A DNA stretch of 64,000 bases from the NCBI RefSeq assembly GCF_032062105.1, contig NW_026937360.1, positions 682,001 to 746,000 of the forward strand, read 5' to 3'. Both the position numbers and the translations under genes were made by a program. The stretch is from Saccostrea cucullata. Lineage: Eukaryota. The notes under the pieces are model-generated. The model was not told the origin of the DNA. It ran no database searches and worked only from the letters and a program-made list of their open reading frames with translations. Shown one piece after another: positions 39,071 to 52,000 of the stretch. Every line of letters begins with the position of its first letter. Position 1 is the first letter of the stretch.

Positions 39071-41449
39071 TATTTGGACAATACCGGATTTCACAGAATC
39101 TGAAAATTTAAATATTGTCCAATTTTTATCTAAGGTTAATCAAAACAAGTCTATAAATGCAAGCAAATTCAGAGAATCTGTTTCCCCTGCTTAAGGAAAA
39201 AGAATTGAATTCATGTATCCTGGAGAGTTCGAAGTGGGAAACTTTTGGAAGGATGGGCAGGACCACAGTAAGTAATAATAAACATTTCATTGCAAAAACA
39301 TCAAGACGTCTGGAGAAATCCTATGACCAACAACTGGTTCAAATAAATTAAGCTGTAGGTTTGAGCATTTTCTATTTACTATTCTAATATTATATAGAAG
39401 ATATTTTATTGAAATCAGAACTGTTATTATCTCCTTGGCAGCTTTTAATCATGATGATCCACTCAGATCTAGATTCGGGCTTTATGGAATAAAGAAATAA
39501 GGCATTAACACGCATTCTCTGTAAGCACCAACGAATTTACTATAGGGCTTGGAAACGACATGTCTCGGATTTTGATGAAATTTTCACCATAGGTGTGTCT
39601 TGGTACAAAACTAGTAAATATGGTGTCGGAAGTTCCACACGTGCACTTGGTTGCCATGGAGACAGATCCATTGAATTCGGCAATTTTTGGCCCATTTTGA
39701 CTAAATGAAAACATGAAAATTGAGGAAATGTAAATGAATATTTATCGGTATCTAATACACTCTAACAAAAATTATTGGATCATTTGATAACATGACCTTT
39801 TAAGGTACACAGAGCATATAATCGTTTATTCTAGAAATATTCTTCCTGTAAGAAAAAGGTCATGCAAAATGACATGGTTTCTAAAAATTTGAAAAATGGG
39901 GAAATTGGAATTTTTTGAGATCTTTGAGGCTAAATAAGAAAAATTGTCCGCGGAAATTTCCCAAATCTTATGTGTGTAATTATACTTGGGAATAAGTAGT
40001 GTCATTTCATGAAAAAACATAAGTGGGCTTTTGCTCCTATTTTTAGCAACATGTATCTATATATAGATATATTTTAGAAAAATGTGAAATTTCAAATTTT
40101 GGCAAAGTTTTAATTGTCATTACTGTATAATTAGAACGTATGTTGTAAAATTTGAAATTTAAATGACAAGAGCTGGACACCACTAGCTGGTATTGACAAC
40201 GGTTGAGGGGAATTCCCATTTCTATTTTTAGTATCAGGTTGCTAAATATAGATATGTCTCTGAATATTAGGAAAAATGGCATTTTTGTTCTAATTGGAAG
40301 CTTCATATAAGAAGTCCTAACAAATATAAAGCTTTCTACAATATGCTTTGAGAATGTACATGTGTTTGTTCAAAAATTACTACAATTTTGAGGATGGACT
40401 CTTGTTTCATTTTAGGGCACCAATGGTCTAAAAATAGATTACTCGAATAATTGAGAAAATGTAGATTATTGCACTTTTTTAAGCACTTTAAAGATGTGAT
40501 TGCTGATTACTTAGGAAGTATATTGTAAAATATGAAATGTTAATGACAAGACCTGTATACCACTTGCTGGTATGGATAATTGTTAAGGGAATTCCCCTTT
40601 CTATTTTTAGTATCAGGTGGCTAAATATATAGATATGTCTCTGAATATTAGGGAAAATGGCATTTTTGTTCTAATTGGAAGCTTCATATAAAGAGTCCTA
40701 ACAAATATAATGCTTTCTATAATATTTTTACAGAATGTACATGTGTTTGTACAATAATTGCCACAATATTGAGGATGAACTCTTGTTTCATTTAATGGCA
40801 AGAATGGTCTAAAAGTAGATTACTCGAATAATTAAGAAAATGTAGATTATTGCACCTTTTCATGCATTTTTAGATGTAGTTGCTGCATAATGAGGAAATC
40901 TTTTGTAAAATTTTAGATGTTAATGACAAGATCTGGATACAACTAGGCGGTATGGATAATTGTTGATGGGAATTCCCATTTCTATTTTAAGTATCAGGTG
41001 GCTAAATATAGATATGTCTCTGAATATTAGGGAAAATGGCATTTTTGTTCTAATTGGAAGCTTCATATAAAAAACCTAACAAATATAAAGCTTTCTACCA
41101 TATGCTTTCAGAATGTACATGTGTTTGTTCAAAAATTGCCACAATATTGAGGATGAACTCTTGTTTCATTTTATGGCAAGAATGGTCTAAAAGTAGATTA
41201 CTCGAATAATTAAGAAAATGTAGATTATTGCACCTTTTCATGCATTTTTAGATGTAGTTGCTGCATAATGAGGAAATCTTTTGTAAAATTTTAGATGTTA
41301 ATGACAAGATCTGGATACCACTAGGCGGTATGGATAATTGTTGATGAGAATTCCCCTTTCTATTTTTAGTATCAGGTGGCTAAATATAGATATGTCTCTG
41401 AATATTAGGAAAAATGGCATTTTTGTTCTAGTTGGAAGCTTCATATTAA

Positions 41450-43190
41450 GAGCCATTCTCTGTAATGATTTGGAATTTTATATAGGAGCTGTGGCACGCA
41501 TAGTCTCAGAATTTCTCCAAACTCTCTATGATAAAAGTCATTGATACCCTGAACTGAAATCAGGCAAAAATTGGTTGCTATGTTTTATAGTTACCATGGC
41601 AACATGTCTTAAAGTTCGAAAAATGGCATTTTTTAACATGTTTAGAACCCCATAGTTAACATTTGCGGCAAAGCAAACAATTGGCAATGACTGTTTCCAA
41701 AAGTTGAAGGTCAGATGTCTCAAATGCATGATAAACATGTTTGGTAAATCAACTATTACATACGTTACTATGGTAACAAAGTATTCAAAAGTAAAAAAAA
41801 ATATTCATTGAATTATATAAAGTCATACACGTAAAAATAAAAAACAATTATAGGATGAAATGTGACCAAATAATAGAAAAAAGAGCCTTGAAACATATAC
41901 CAAGAACAAAATATGATATTTCATTTTGGTTGGCAATGGTTGCCAAGGTTTTTATACCACAGAGAGCCTTCAAAGTAACACTCTGTTTGTTTAAATCTGA
42001 ACCTATCTTTTAAAAAAGCACATTTCCTCATAACTAATGATCAATTTTTAAAGATGTTGGTGTGCTCCTAGTTTTCCCATTTGAAAAAATTCAGATTAGA
42101 TTCTTTAAATAGAGCGTTGCTATGGAGATAAGCAGAAAATATATGCTTAAAAACCTGAAAAATATTTTCTTTCCTTGGATACGTACCCTTATATGTAGAT
42201 TCCCAAAACTTTTATGATTGATATTTATTAACAGCTAACCTGACTTTTAATTTTGACTATCATCCAATCTCTAATTGGATGCAAGAAGTTGGCACACAGG
42301 GTTTAATATTGATATAAAGTTCACAAAATTGAACATTTTCCCTTCTTGGTTACCATAGCAACAGCGTTGTTTTCTTCATCAACTTTTATCAACATATGAT
42401 ATTCAACTTCAGTTCTAACAGATAAGTACTATTCAAGCTGAATCCTTTAATTTGTTTCTTGATTATATGGCAGTTTAATTCTTAATGCAGTGAAAAATAA
42501 TTCACTTTTAAGCACTGGTACTTTGTTTCCATGGTAACACTGCAAAGTAGCAATTTTACCCAATTTTTCTTATGGTTTTGGTGTTGCAAGGTCCTAAGGA
42601 TGCATATTTGCCAGTCTTGAATTTTCATGTTTTTCCTCAAGACAGTAGCATTAACCCAATCTTAGTTACTGGTTTTGCATAGTTACACTGTGTTACCATG
42701 GCAACCATAAAATTTATTTATAGAATAATATTGCTTATACTTGTATACTTAAGATCAAACATTTTTATTGTTTTTCTTAAGTCGATGATTGAGTTTTAGC
42801 ATGTAACACCTACCATTAGTGAATATGGAGTGTTTTTCAGCATATTTCAGCATTTTAAATGTATTCCAAATGTACCCTTAGTTACCACTTACTTAGAGAT
42901 ATATTCTAAACAGTTTCTTTACAGTATAAGTGACATCAAGGTGTCATGTTTTTGTTAGAATGGTTTGTTTGCTTTTTCTAGTTTTTATTAGGCCACAGTC
43001 AGGATTTAAAGTGGCTGAAAATCTCGATTTTTCAAACTTTTCCGGCTGTTGCCATAGCAACCGAGACACTTAGCAACGAAATTTTATTTGATATTTGTTT
43101 CTGGTGTCAAGTACTAAGCATGGGTGAAGTTTCATCAAAATCGGTGACCATGCGTGGCAACGAAGTTTAAGTGGTTACAGAGAATGGCAA
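41450..43190. mobile_element. Nested TTAA-flanked element of a related family (Sola3-like GAG terminus)
   Basis: It splits a host subrepeat: GGAAGCTTCATA-TTAA[insert]TTAA-AAGTCCTAACAAAT. Ends GAGCCATTCTCTGTAA and TTACAGAGAATGGCAA share the CATTCTCTGTAA core with the host termini. Confidence 0.8.
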
Positions 43191-44934
43191 TTAAAAGTCC
43201 TAACAAATATGAAGCTTTCTACAATATGCTTTCAGAATGTACATGTGTTTGTACAATAATTGTCTCAATATTGAGGATGGACTCTTGTTTCATTTCATAT
43301 CAACAATGGTCTCAAAATAGATTACTCGTATAATGGAGAAAATGTAGATTACTGCACCTTTTAAAGCACTTTAAAGATGTGATTGCTGATTACTTAGGAA
43401 GTATATTGTAAATTTTGAGATGTTAATGACAATAGCTTGACACCTTAAGCAGGTGTGGACAATGGTTGAGGGGGTTTCCCATATCTATTTTTAGTATCAC
43501 ATGGCGTAATATTGATGTGAAGTACTCTAAATATTAGGGAAAATTGAAGTTTTATGCTAATTTGAATCTTCGTACAAAATGTCTTTTTAAAGCAACAATG
43601 GTCGTCGAAAATTGATTCCTGGAATAATCGAGAAAATGTAGATTATTGCACTTTTTCTGGCACTTTTTAGATGTCATGCTGCATAATTACGAAGTATATT
43701 GTAAAATTTGAGGTTTTAATGACAGTAGCTGGCCACAACTAGCAAGTGTCGACAAAAGTTGAGGGGGGGGGGGTCCTATTACTATTTTTAGTATCACGTG
43801 GCGAAATATATTTACGCCATTTATAGGAAAACTTAAAGAATCTTTTCAATTGTTCTGTAAAATAACTCCTGATTGTCCTAATTCTAGTCTTTGACAATGT
43901 ACCTATATTTTTATCTGCAAGTTTTTTTTGTCCAAAGACTTTTAATATTTTTAGACGAAGATTCAAAGAGTGTATTCTATATGGCAGTTTCTGTGGTCTG
44001 CATTTTTTTTGATAGTCAATATATTTCAAGAACCTTTTGTCATTTTTGTCAAAATTGTCATAGAGTATCTAAGGATTTTTGTTAATACATGTACAAAACA
44101 TAGGGATTTTCTCTTGAAACAAGAGGAGATACTAGGGAATCTAATCTCTAATAACAAGACCTTGTTAAAATGCCATTTCACTGATCTGTTACAGGGTTAC
44201 TCTCATCACTGTTGATGCCCTCTGGTCTCTTTTATAAGAAGGTGCGGTTTAAGCTTTATTGTGCCCTAAAAATTTAATGTTCTTAAAAAGTTGTGAAATT
44301 GGATTTTACAATCATTGAGTAGATGAATATGATAGATCTTTAAAGAATATGACATGAAAGGGGGTCGTTCAGGATATATGACGTAATTAATTTGGTACAC
44401 TTTTAAGTTTAATGCAGAAAAGCCTCAAAACGACTCATTTCTGTGCTGATTTTCCTTTATCCACCGTCGCCCTCTTTAATTTTTGGATATATTATGTAAA
44501 CTGCTATGAAAAATCACATGTCGTTTATCTCAAAATCTCTCCAGGCGAGAGTGGCAGAGTATGTCTTCTGAAAGAAAAAATTCCACTGCAAATTGATGTA
44601 TTCTGCAACTTTTAAAGAAAATACGGGAAAATACACAAGTTAATGACGTCACAATTAGCATTTAGGAGGTCATATCAGAAAAAACGACTTGTGTATTTTT
44701 ACTGGAGGGAATTCTTATGATTCAGAAAGAGTGAATTTTGATTTCCTATATCACTTTCATATTTTAGAAAAATATAGGGCTTTAAATATTTTGTATTGAA
44801 ATTGTACCTTGTTCTTTGTTTCTATAAATAGAACTGGAAGTCCTCATTGATTTTACATATTTCAAATATAATTAGAACTGAATATCATTATTGTTTTTAT
44901 GCTTATTAGATTACGTTAACTACCGATATGACAT

Positions 44935-46197
44935 CCCTTACCAAACTGATATGTTTGCTGCAGGGCTGCAGCAAGTCTGCTGCAAGCTTGCAGCAAACAA
45001 AATTGGTCGCAGGAAGAAAATTTTCTTGTTCGCAGATGATTGCCGCTAGCTGCGATCTTGCGGCAAACATTGCAGCAATTGCTGCAAGCTTGCAGCAAAT
45101 TCGCAGGAACCCAACATGTTTGCAGGAACATTGCAAGAAACATACACGCCAATTTAATGTTCGCAGCAAGTTCCCAGGAAACTTTTCACAATTCAAATGT
45201 TTGCAGGAAGTTCGCAAGAACAGTAAATAAGTCAAATCAGCCAATGAAACACAGATTGTACTGGGTCAACACAAAACTGGCCATTTTGACATGTTGGAAT
45301 TGAAGTTGTACATGTTTCAGTATTTTGGTAGGAATTTACATCGATTTGAATGATTAAAAGTGCCAAACTCTGGATGTAGGCGTTCATTCTATAAATGATA
45401 TCTAATTGGTAAGAAATGATTTTAATTTATTTTGATATTTGAAAGAATATTTCTTAAAAGCACGTTTGAGTAACTGGTGTAAATGCTAGGTCAAATCTAA
45501 ATCTGTTTCTTATGAATTTCAGTCCTCTTTTTGATATCACATATGTATACTTCTTAAAAGTATTAATGGACCCAAATCAGTTAAATGTTATCAAATTAAT
45601 TAGTAAATGTGTAATCACAAAAATATTTATTAAAAATTATATGTAAAGTTCTTAAAGTTCTGTTCATATAAAAAGTTATCATGCACTTTCATTTTAAAAA
45701 GGTATGAAAACTTTGTCTAGGAACGTATAGAGTTCCCATCATAACTTCATAAAACTGCATCTTTTCAGAAACATGTGGTGGATTTTCTCTAGACTTAACA
45801 GATTTAGGTCAGGACAAAGGCTTTCTGTGAACTTGCTGCTTGTACAAAAGAATGTGCCAAAACCATAAGGAAATTGTTTGCTGCAAGTTAGCAGCAATGT
45901 TTGCGGCAGGCTTGCAGCAATGTTTGCCGCAAGCTTGCAGCAAGGTTCCCTTATTATGAAAATCCAATGTTTGCTGCGGAGTTGCAGCAAAACTCATTTG
46001 CATGGTAAAATGTTTGCAGCAAGCTTGCTGCAGACTTGCCGCTAACTTGCTGCAAATACCAAGGCTTTGTATAGACTGTCATGCTTTCTTTGGCTACATT
46101 GCCGCAAGCTTGCAGCAATGTCTGCTGCAAGCTTGCAGCAATGTTTGCTGGAGACTTGCAGCAAATATTTGCAGGAAGGCAATATTTTCGGTAAGGG
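44935..46197. mobile_element. EnSpm/CACTA(CMC)-like non-autonomous element nested in the foldback centre
   Basis: Termini CCCTTACCAAA and TTCGGTAAGGG with a 2-bp AT duplication. Dense subterminal palindromes GCTGCAAGCTTGCAGC at both ends; AT-rich core. Confidence 0.75.
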
Positions 46198-49059
46198 ATA
46201 TATTTTATACTTATCAGTCACATGATTATTTTACTAGGAAAACTTAATTATACTCATGACATATTGAATACAGCAGTATATTTCGTAAATATGTTATCAA
46301 TGAAGCTCCTTCAATCCTTTGTTATTTTTTCTTCTTTTGCTGAGAAGTTGCTACATATAAGTGGATGTGCTATAATTAGAAAAGAGAGCCCCTCTTCAGA
46401 TAGTGTGCATTTCACTAAATTATTTTATAAGTATTTGTCAGTCACACAACGTCTACCGGGTATAACATTGATTTTTCTTTCCAACATTGCCTGAAAAGGT
46501 ACAATAACTGATATTTTCTCGATTATTCTAAGAATCTTTTTAGACCATTGTTGGTATAAAAAAAGGGGTCAGTCCAAAACATTGTAGCAATTCCTGTACA
46601 AACAAGAGTTCATTTGGAAGGCATATTGTAGAAAGCTTTATATTTAAGACATTTTGTAGGAAGATTCAAATTAGCAATTAGCCATTTTTTCATAATATTT
46701 AGAGACAAATCTATATTTTGCCATGTGATACTAAAAATAGAATTGGGAAACCCCCTCAACCATTGTCCACACCGACTAATGGTGTCAAGCTATTATCATT
46801 AACATCTCACATTTTACAATGTACTTTCTTATTAAGCAGCAATGGCATCTATAAAGTGCCTAAAAAAGGCGCAATAATCTACATTATTTTCTCAATTATT
46901 CGAGTAATCTATGTTTAAACCATTGTTGCTATAAAATGAAACAAGAGTCCATCCTCAATATTGTAGCATTTATTGTACAAACACGTGCATTCTGAAAGCA
47001 TGTTGTAGAAAGCTTAATATTTGTTAGGACTTTTTATATGAAGCTTCCAATTAGAAGAAAAATGTCATTTTTCCTAGTATTCAGACATATCTATATTTAT
47101 CCACCTGATACTAAAAATAGAAATGGGAATTCCCCTCAACCATTATTCATACCTGGCCAGCTAGTGGTGTCCCGATCTTGTCATTAACATCTAAAATTTA
47201 CAAAATATTTCCTCATTATGCAGCAATTACATCAGAAATGTGCTTGAAAAGGTGCAATAATCTACTTAGTATATTTTCTCAATTATTCAAATAATCTTTT
47301 TTTTTTTAGACCATTGTTGATATGAAATGAAACAAGAGTCCATCCTCAATATTGTGGCAATTATTGTACAAACAAATGTACATTCTGAAAGCATATTGTA
47401 GAAAGCTTTATATTTGTTAGGACTTCTTATATGAAGCTTCCAATTAGAACAAAAATGCCATTTTTCCTAATATTCAGAGACATATCTATATTTAGCCTCC
47501 TGATACTAAAAATAGAAATGGGAATTCCCTTCAACAATTATCCATACCGCCTAGTGGTATCCAGATCTTGTCATTAACATCTAAAATTTTACAAAAGATT
47601 TCCTCATTATGCAGCAACTACATCTAAAAGTGCCTGAAAAGGTGCAATAATCTACATTTTCTTAATTATTCGAGTAATCTACTTTTAGACCATTCTTGCC
47701 ATAAAATGAAACAAGAGTTCATCCTCAATATTGTGGCAATTATTGAACAAACACATGTACATTCTGTAAAAATATTATAGAAAGCATTATATTTGTTAGG
47801 ACTTCTTATATGAAGCTTCCAATTAGAACAAAAATGCCATTTTTCCTAATATTCAGAGACATATCTATATTTAGCCACCTGATACTAAAAATAGAAAGGG
47901 GAATTCCCTTAACAATAATCCATACCAGCAAGTGGTATCAAGGTCTTGTCATTAACATTTCAAATTTTACAATACACTTCCTAAGTTATCAGCAATCACA
48001 TCTTTAAAGTGCTTAAAAAAGTGCAATAATCTACATTTTCTCAATTATTCGAGTAATCTATTTTTAGACCATTGGTGTCATAAAATGAAACAAGAGTCCA
48101 TCCTCAAAATTGTAGTGATTTTTGAACAAACACATGTACATTCTGAAAACATATTGTAGAAAGCTTTATATTTGTTAGAACTTCTTATATGAAGCTTCCA
48201 ATTAGAACAAAAATGCCATTTTTCCTAATATTCAGAGACATATCTATATTTAGCAACCTGATACTAAATATAGAAATGGGAATTCCCCTCAACCGTTGTC
48301 CATACCAGCTAGTGGTGTCCAGCTCTTGTCATTTAAATTTCAAATTTTACAACATACGTTCTAATTATACAGTAATGACAATTAAAACTTTGCCAAAATT
48401 TGAAATTTCACATTTTTCTAAAATATATCTATATATAGATACATGTTGCTTAAAATAGGAGCAAAAGCCCACTTATGTTTTTTCATGAAATGACACTACT
48501 TATTCCCAAGTATAATTACACACATAAGATTTGGGAAATTTCCGCGGACAATTTTTCTTATTTAGCCTCAAAGATCTCAAAAAATTCCAATTTCCCCATT
48601 TTTCAAATTTTTAGAAACCATGTCATTTTGCATGACCTTTTTCTTACAGGAAGAATATTTCTAGAATAAACGATTATATGCTCTGTGCACCTTAAAAGAT
48701 CATGTTATCAAATGATCCAATGATTTTTGTTAGAGTGTATTAGATACCGATAAATATTCATTTACATTTCCTCAATTTTCACGTTTTCATTTCGTCAAAA
48801 TGGGCCAAAAATGGCCGAATTCAATGTATCCGTCTCCATGGCAACCAAGTGCACATGTGGAACTTCCGACAACATATTTACTAGTTTTGTACCAAGACAC
48901 ACCTATGGTGAAAATTTCATCAAAATCCGAGACATGTCGTTTCCAAGATTTTTTGGTGCTTACAGAGAATGCGTGTTAAGATTTAAGGGTCAGTACGTAG
49001 TGTTTCTTGCATATCTAAAGCATCTTCTTTAATGAATTCCTTAAAAACAGCTGGCCTAG

Positions 49060-52000
49060 AGACGCTCATTGCAAAAGCGGAATACAAAAGAAAAACATAC
49101 CTTTTTAGTGTGTTCAATTCTTTTTCTCAACACTAATGCTCCTTATATTCTTCTAAAAAGAGAAATTTACTAAAACTTACAGCTATGAGTGAGAAAAAAA
49201 ATGAATTATAAAACATGTATGGGAGAAAAAAAATAATATACCCTTTCCAGTGTGTTTGTGTTTGTACTGCAAAGCAAGTGGACATCAAGCACTGTTGTTT
49301 CTTGCTTCTATCACATCCAAGACTATGTACAAGTCACATTCTGAAATTTTATCAGTGAGTGGCTCAAATCAGTTTTATTATCTACTGGGTTTGTCTTGAA
49401 TATAGACAAATTCAGGGACATTAGCAATTGGTACCACTTGCACTTACTACTCATTCAGAATGTGACTTGAATACATCAGTAATAAGCACATCAGTCTTCG
49501 TCTCCATACTAATGCTTTTTATATTCTTCTGAAAAAAGAAATTTACCAAAACTTGCACCTATGACCTAGATAAAATAATGAATGACAACACATATATGGT
49601 AGAGAAAAATAACATACCTTCTTCAGTATGTTTTGCCTATGTTGCAAGCAAGTGGACATCAAGCACTGTCTGATTTTTTTCTTGCTTCTATTACATCGAA
49701 GACTTTGTACAAGTCACATTCTGAACTTTTAGTGAGTGGCTCAAATCAGTTTTTTAATCCACTGGGTTTGTCTAAAGCATAGACGAAACCAGGGACATTA
49801 GCAACTGGTACCACTTGCAGTATTCATTCAGAATGTGACTTGAATACATGAGCAATCAACACCTCAGTTTTTGTCTCCATACTAATGCTCCTCAATTCTT
49901 CTGGAAATGAAAACTTGCAGCTACAGTGTATGACATAGATAAAATTAAAAATGACCACACATGTATGCGGAAAAAAACATACCTTCTCCAGTGAGTTTTG
50001 CTTGTGTTGCAAGTGGACATCAAGTACTATTGTTTCTTCCTTCTATCAAATCCGAGACTAAATACAAGTCACATTCTAAACTTTTATCAGTGAGTGGCTC
50101 AAATCAGTTTTTTAATCTACTGGGTTTGTCTTAAAGATAGACAAAACCAGGGACATTACCAACTGGTACCACTTGCACTACTCATTCAGAATGTGACTTC
50201 GATACATCAGCAAAGAGCACATCAGTCTTCGACTCCATTCTAATGCTTTTCATTTTCTTCTGAAAAAAAGAAATTTATCAAAACTTGCACCTATGACATA
50301 GATAAAATAAAGAATGACAACACATATATGGTAGAACAAAATAACATACCTTTTCCAGTGTGTTTTGCCTATGTTGCAAGCAAGTGGACATCAAGCACTG
50401 TCTGGTTGTTTTTTTCTTTTTTTTTATTTTGCTTCTCTCACATCGAAGACTATATACAAGTCACATTCTGAACTTTTATCAGTGAGCGGCTCAAATCAGT
50501 TATTGAATCCACTGGGTTTGTCTAAAGCTTAGACGAAACCAGGGACATTAGCAACTGGTACCACTTGCACTACTTATTAAGAATGTGACTTGAATACATC
50601 AGCAATCAACGCATCTGTTTTTGTCTCCATACTCATGCTCCTTAATTCTTCTTGAATTAAAAATTTACTAAAACTTGAAGCTACAGTGTATGACATAGAT
50701 AAAATAAAGAATAACCACACATGTATGGGAGGAAAAAATAACATAACTTCTCAAGTGTGTTTGTGTCTGTGCTTGAAGTGAACACCAAGCACTGTTGTTT
50801 CTTGCTTCTATCACATCCAAGACTATGTACAAGTCACATTCTGAACTTTTATCAGTGAGTGGCTCAAATCAGTTTTTTAATCTACTGGGTTAGTCTTAAA
50901 GTTGGACAAAACCAGGGACATTAGCAACGGGTACTCATTCTTGCTACTCATTCAGAATGTGACTTGAATACATCAGTAATTAGCATCTAAGTTTTTGTCT
51001 CCATACTAATGCTTTTAATATTCTTTTGAAAATAGAAAACTTGCACCTATGACGTATAAAATAAAGAATGACAACACATAGATAGTAGAATAAAAAAACA
51101 TACCTTTCCAGTGTGTTTTGCCTTTGTTGCAATAAACTGGACATTAAGCACTGTCTGGGTTTTTTTTTTTTTTTTGCTTGTATCACATCAAAGGCTACGT
51201 TCAAGTCACATTCTGAACTTTTATTAGTGAGTGGCTCAAATCAGTTTTTTAACCTACTGGGTTTGTCTTAAAGATAGACAAAACAAGGGACATTACCAAC
51301 TGGTACCACTTGCACTTACTACTCATTCAGAATGTGACTTGAATACATCAGTAATTAGCACCTCAGTTTTTGTCTCCATACTAATGCTTTTTATATTCTT
51401 CTGAAAAAAGAAATTTACCATAACTTGCACCTACGACTTAGATAAAATAAAGAATGACAACACATACATTATAGTAAAAAAAAAGCATATCTTCTCCAGT
51501 GTGTTTTGCCTATGGACATCAAGCACTGTCTGTTTTTTTTTTTAGGTTGCTTCTATCGCATCGACGACTATGTACAAGTCACATTCTGAACTTTTCTTAG
51601 TGATTGGCTCAAATCAGTTTTTTAAATCTACTGGATTTGTCTCAAGCATAGACGAAACCAGGGACATTAGCAACTAGTACCACTTGCACTGCTCATTAAG
51701 AATGTGACTTCGATACATCAGCAATGAGCACCTCAGTTTTTGTCCCCATACTAATGCTCCTCAATTCTTCTGGAAATAAAAATTTACTAAAACTTGCAGC
51801 TACAGTGTATGACATAGATAAAATAAAGAATGACCACACATGTATGGGAGAAAAAAAACATACCTTCTCCAGTGTGTTTTGCTTATGTTGCAAGTGGACA
51901 TCAAGCACTGTTGTTCCTTGCTTCTATCACATCCGAGAGTATGTGCAAGTCACATTCTGAACTTTTGTCTTTGAGTGGCTCAAATCAGTTTTTATTCCAC

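Larger units (their letters stand above)
39509..48975. mobile_element. 9.5-kb non-autonomous foldback DNA transposon with very long TIRs (Sola3-like)
   Basis: TTAA TSD (39505-08, 48976-79). Termini CACGCATTCTCTGTAAGCACC and GGTGCTTACAGAGAATGCGTG. The arms are inverted copies for more than 2 kb; the ORF track shows mirror ORFs (39826- vs 48475+, 40043- vs 48189+). Each arm has ~380-bp tandem subrepeats. No transposase found. Confidence 0.85.

Noticed and set aside
44906-46247. Cys-rich overlapping ORFs on both strands
   Set aside because: Explained by TGCAAGCTTGCA palindromic subterminal repeats of a DNA element.
39505-48669. Repeated ORFs MKLPIRTKMPFF... and MFFHEMTLLIPK... as a gene family or toxin-antitoxin-like array
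   Set aside because: They are by-products of the inverted and tandem repeats of the foldback element. Lengths vary by frameshift and no domain is recognisable.
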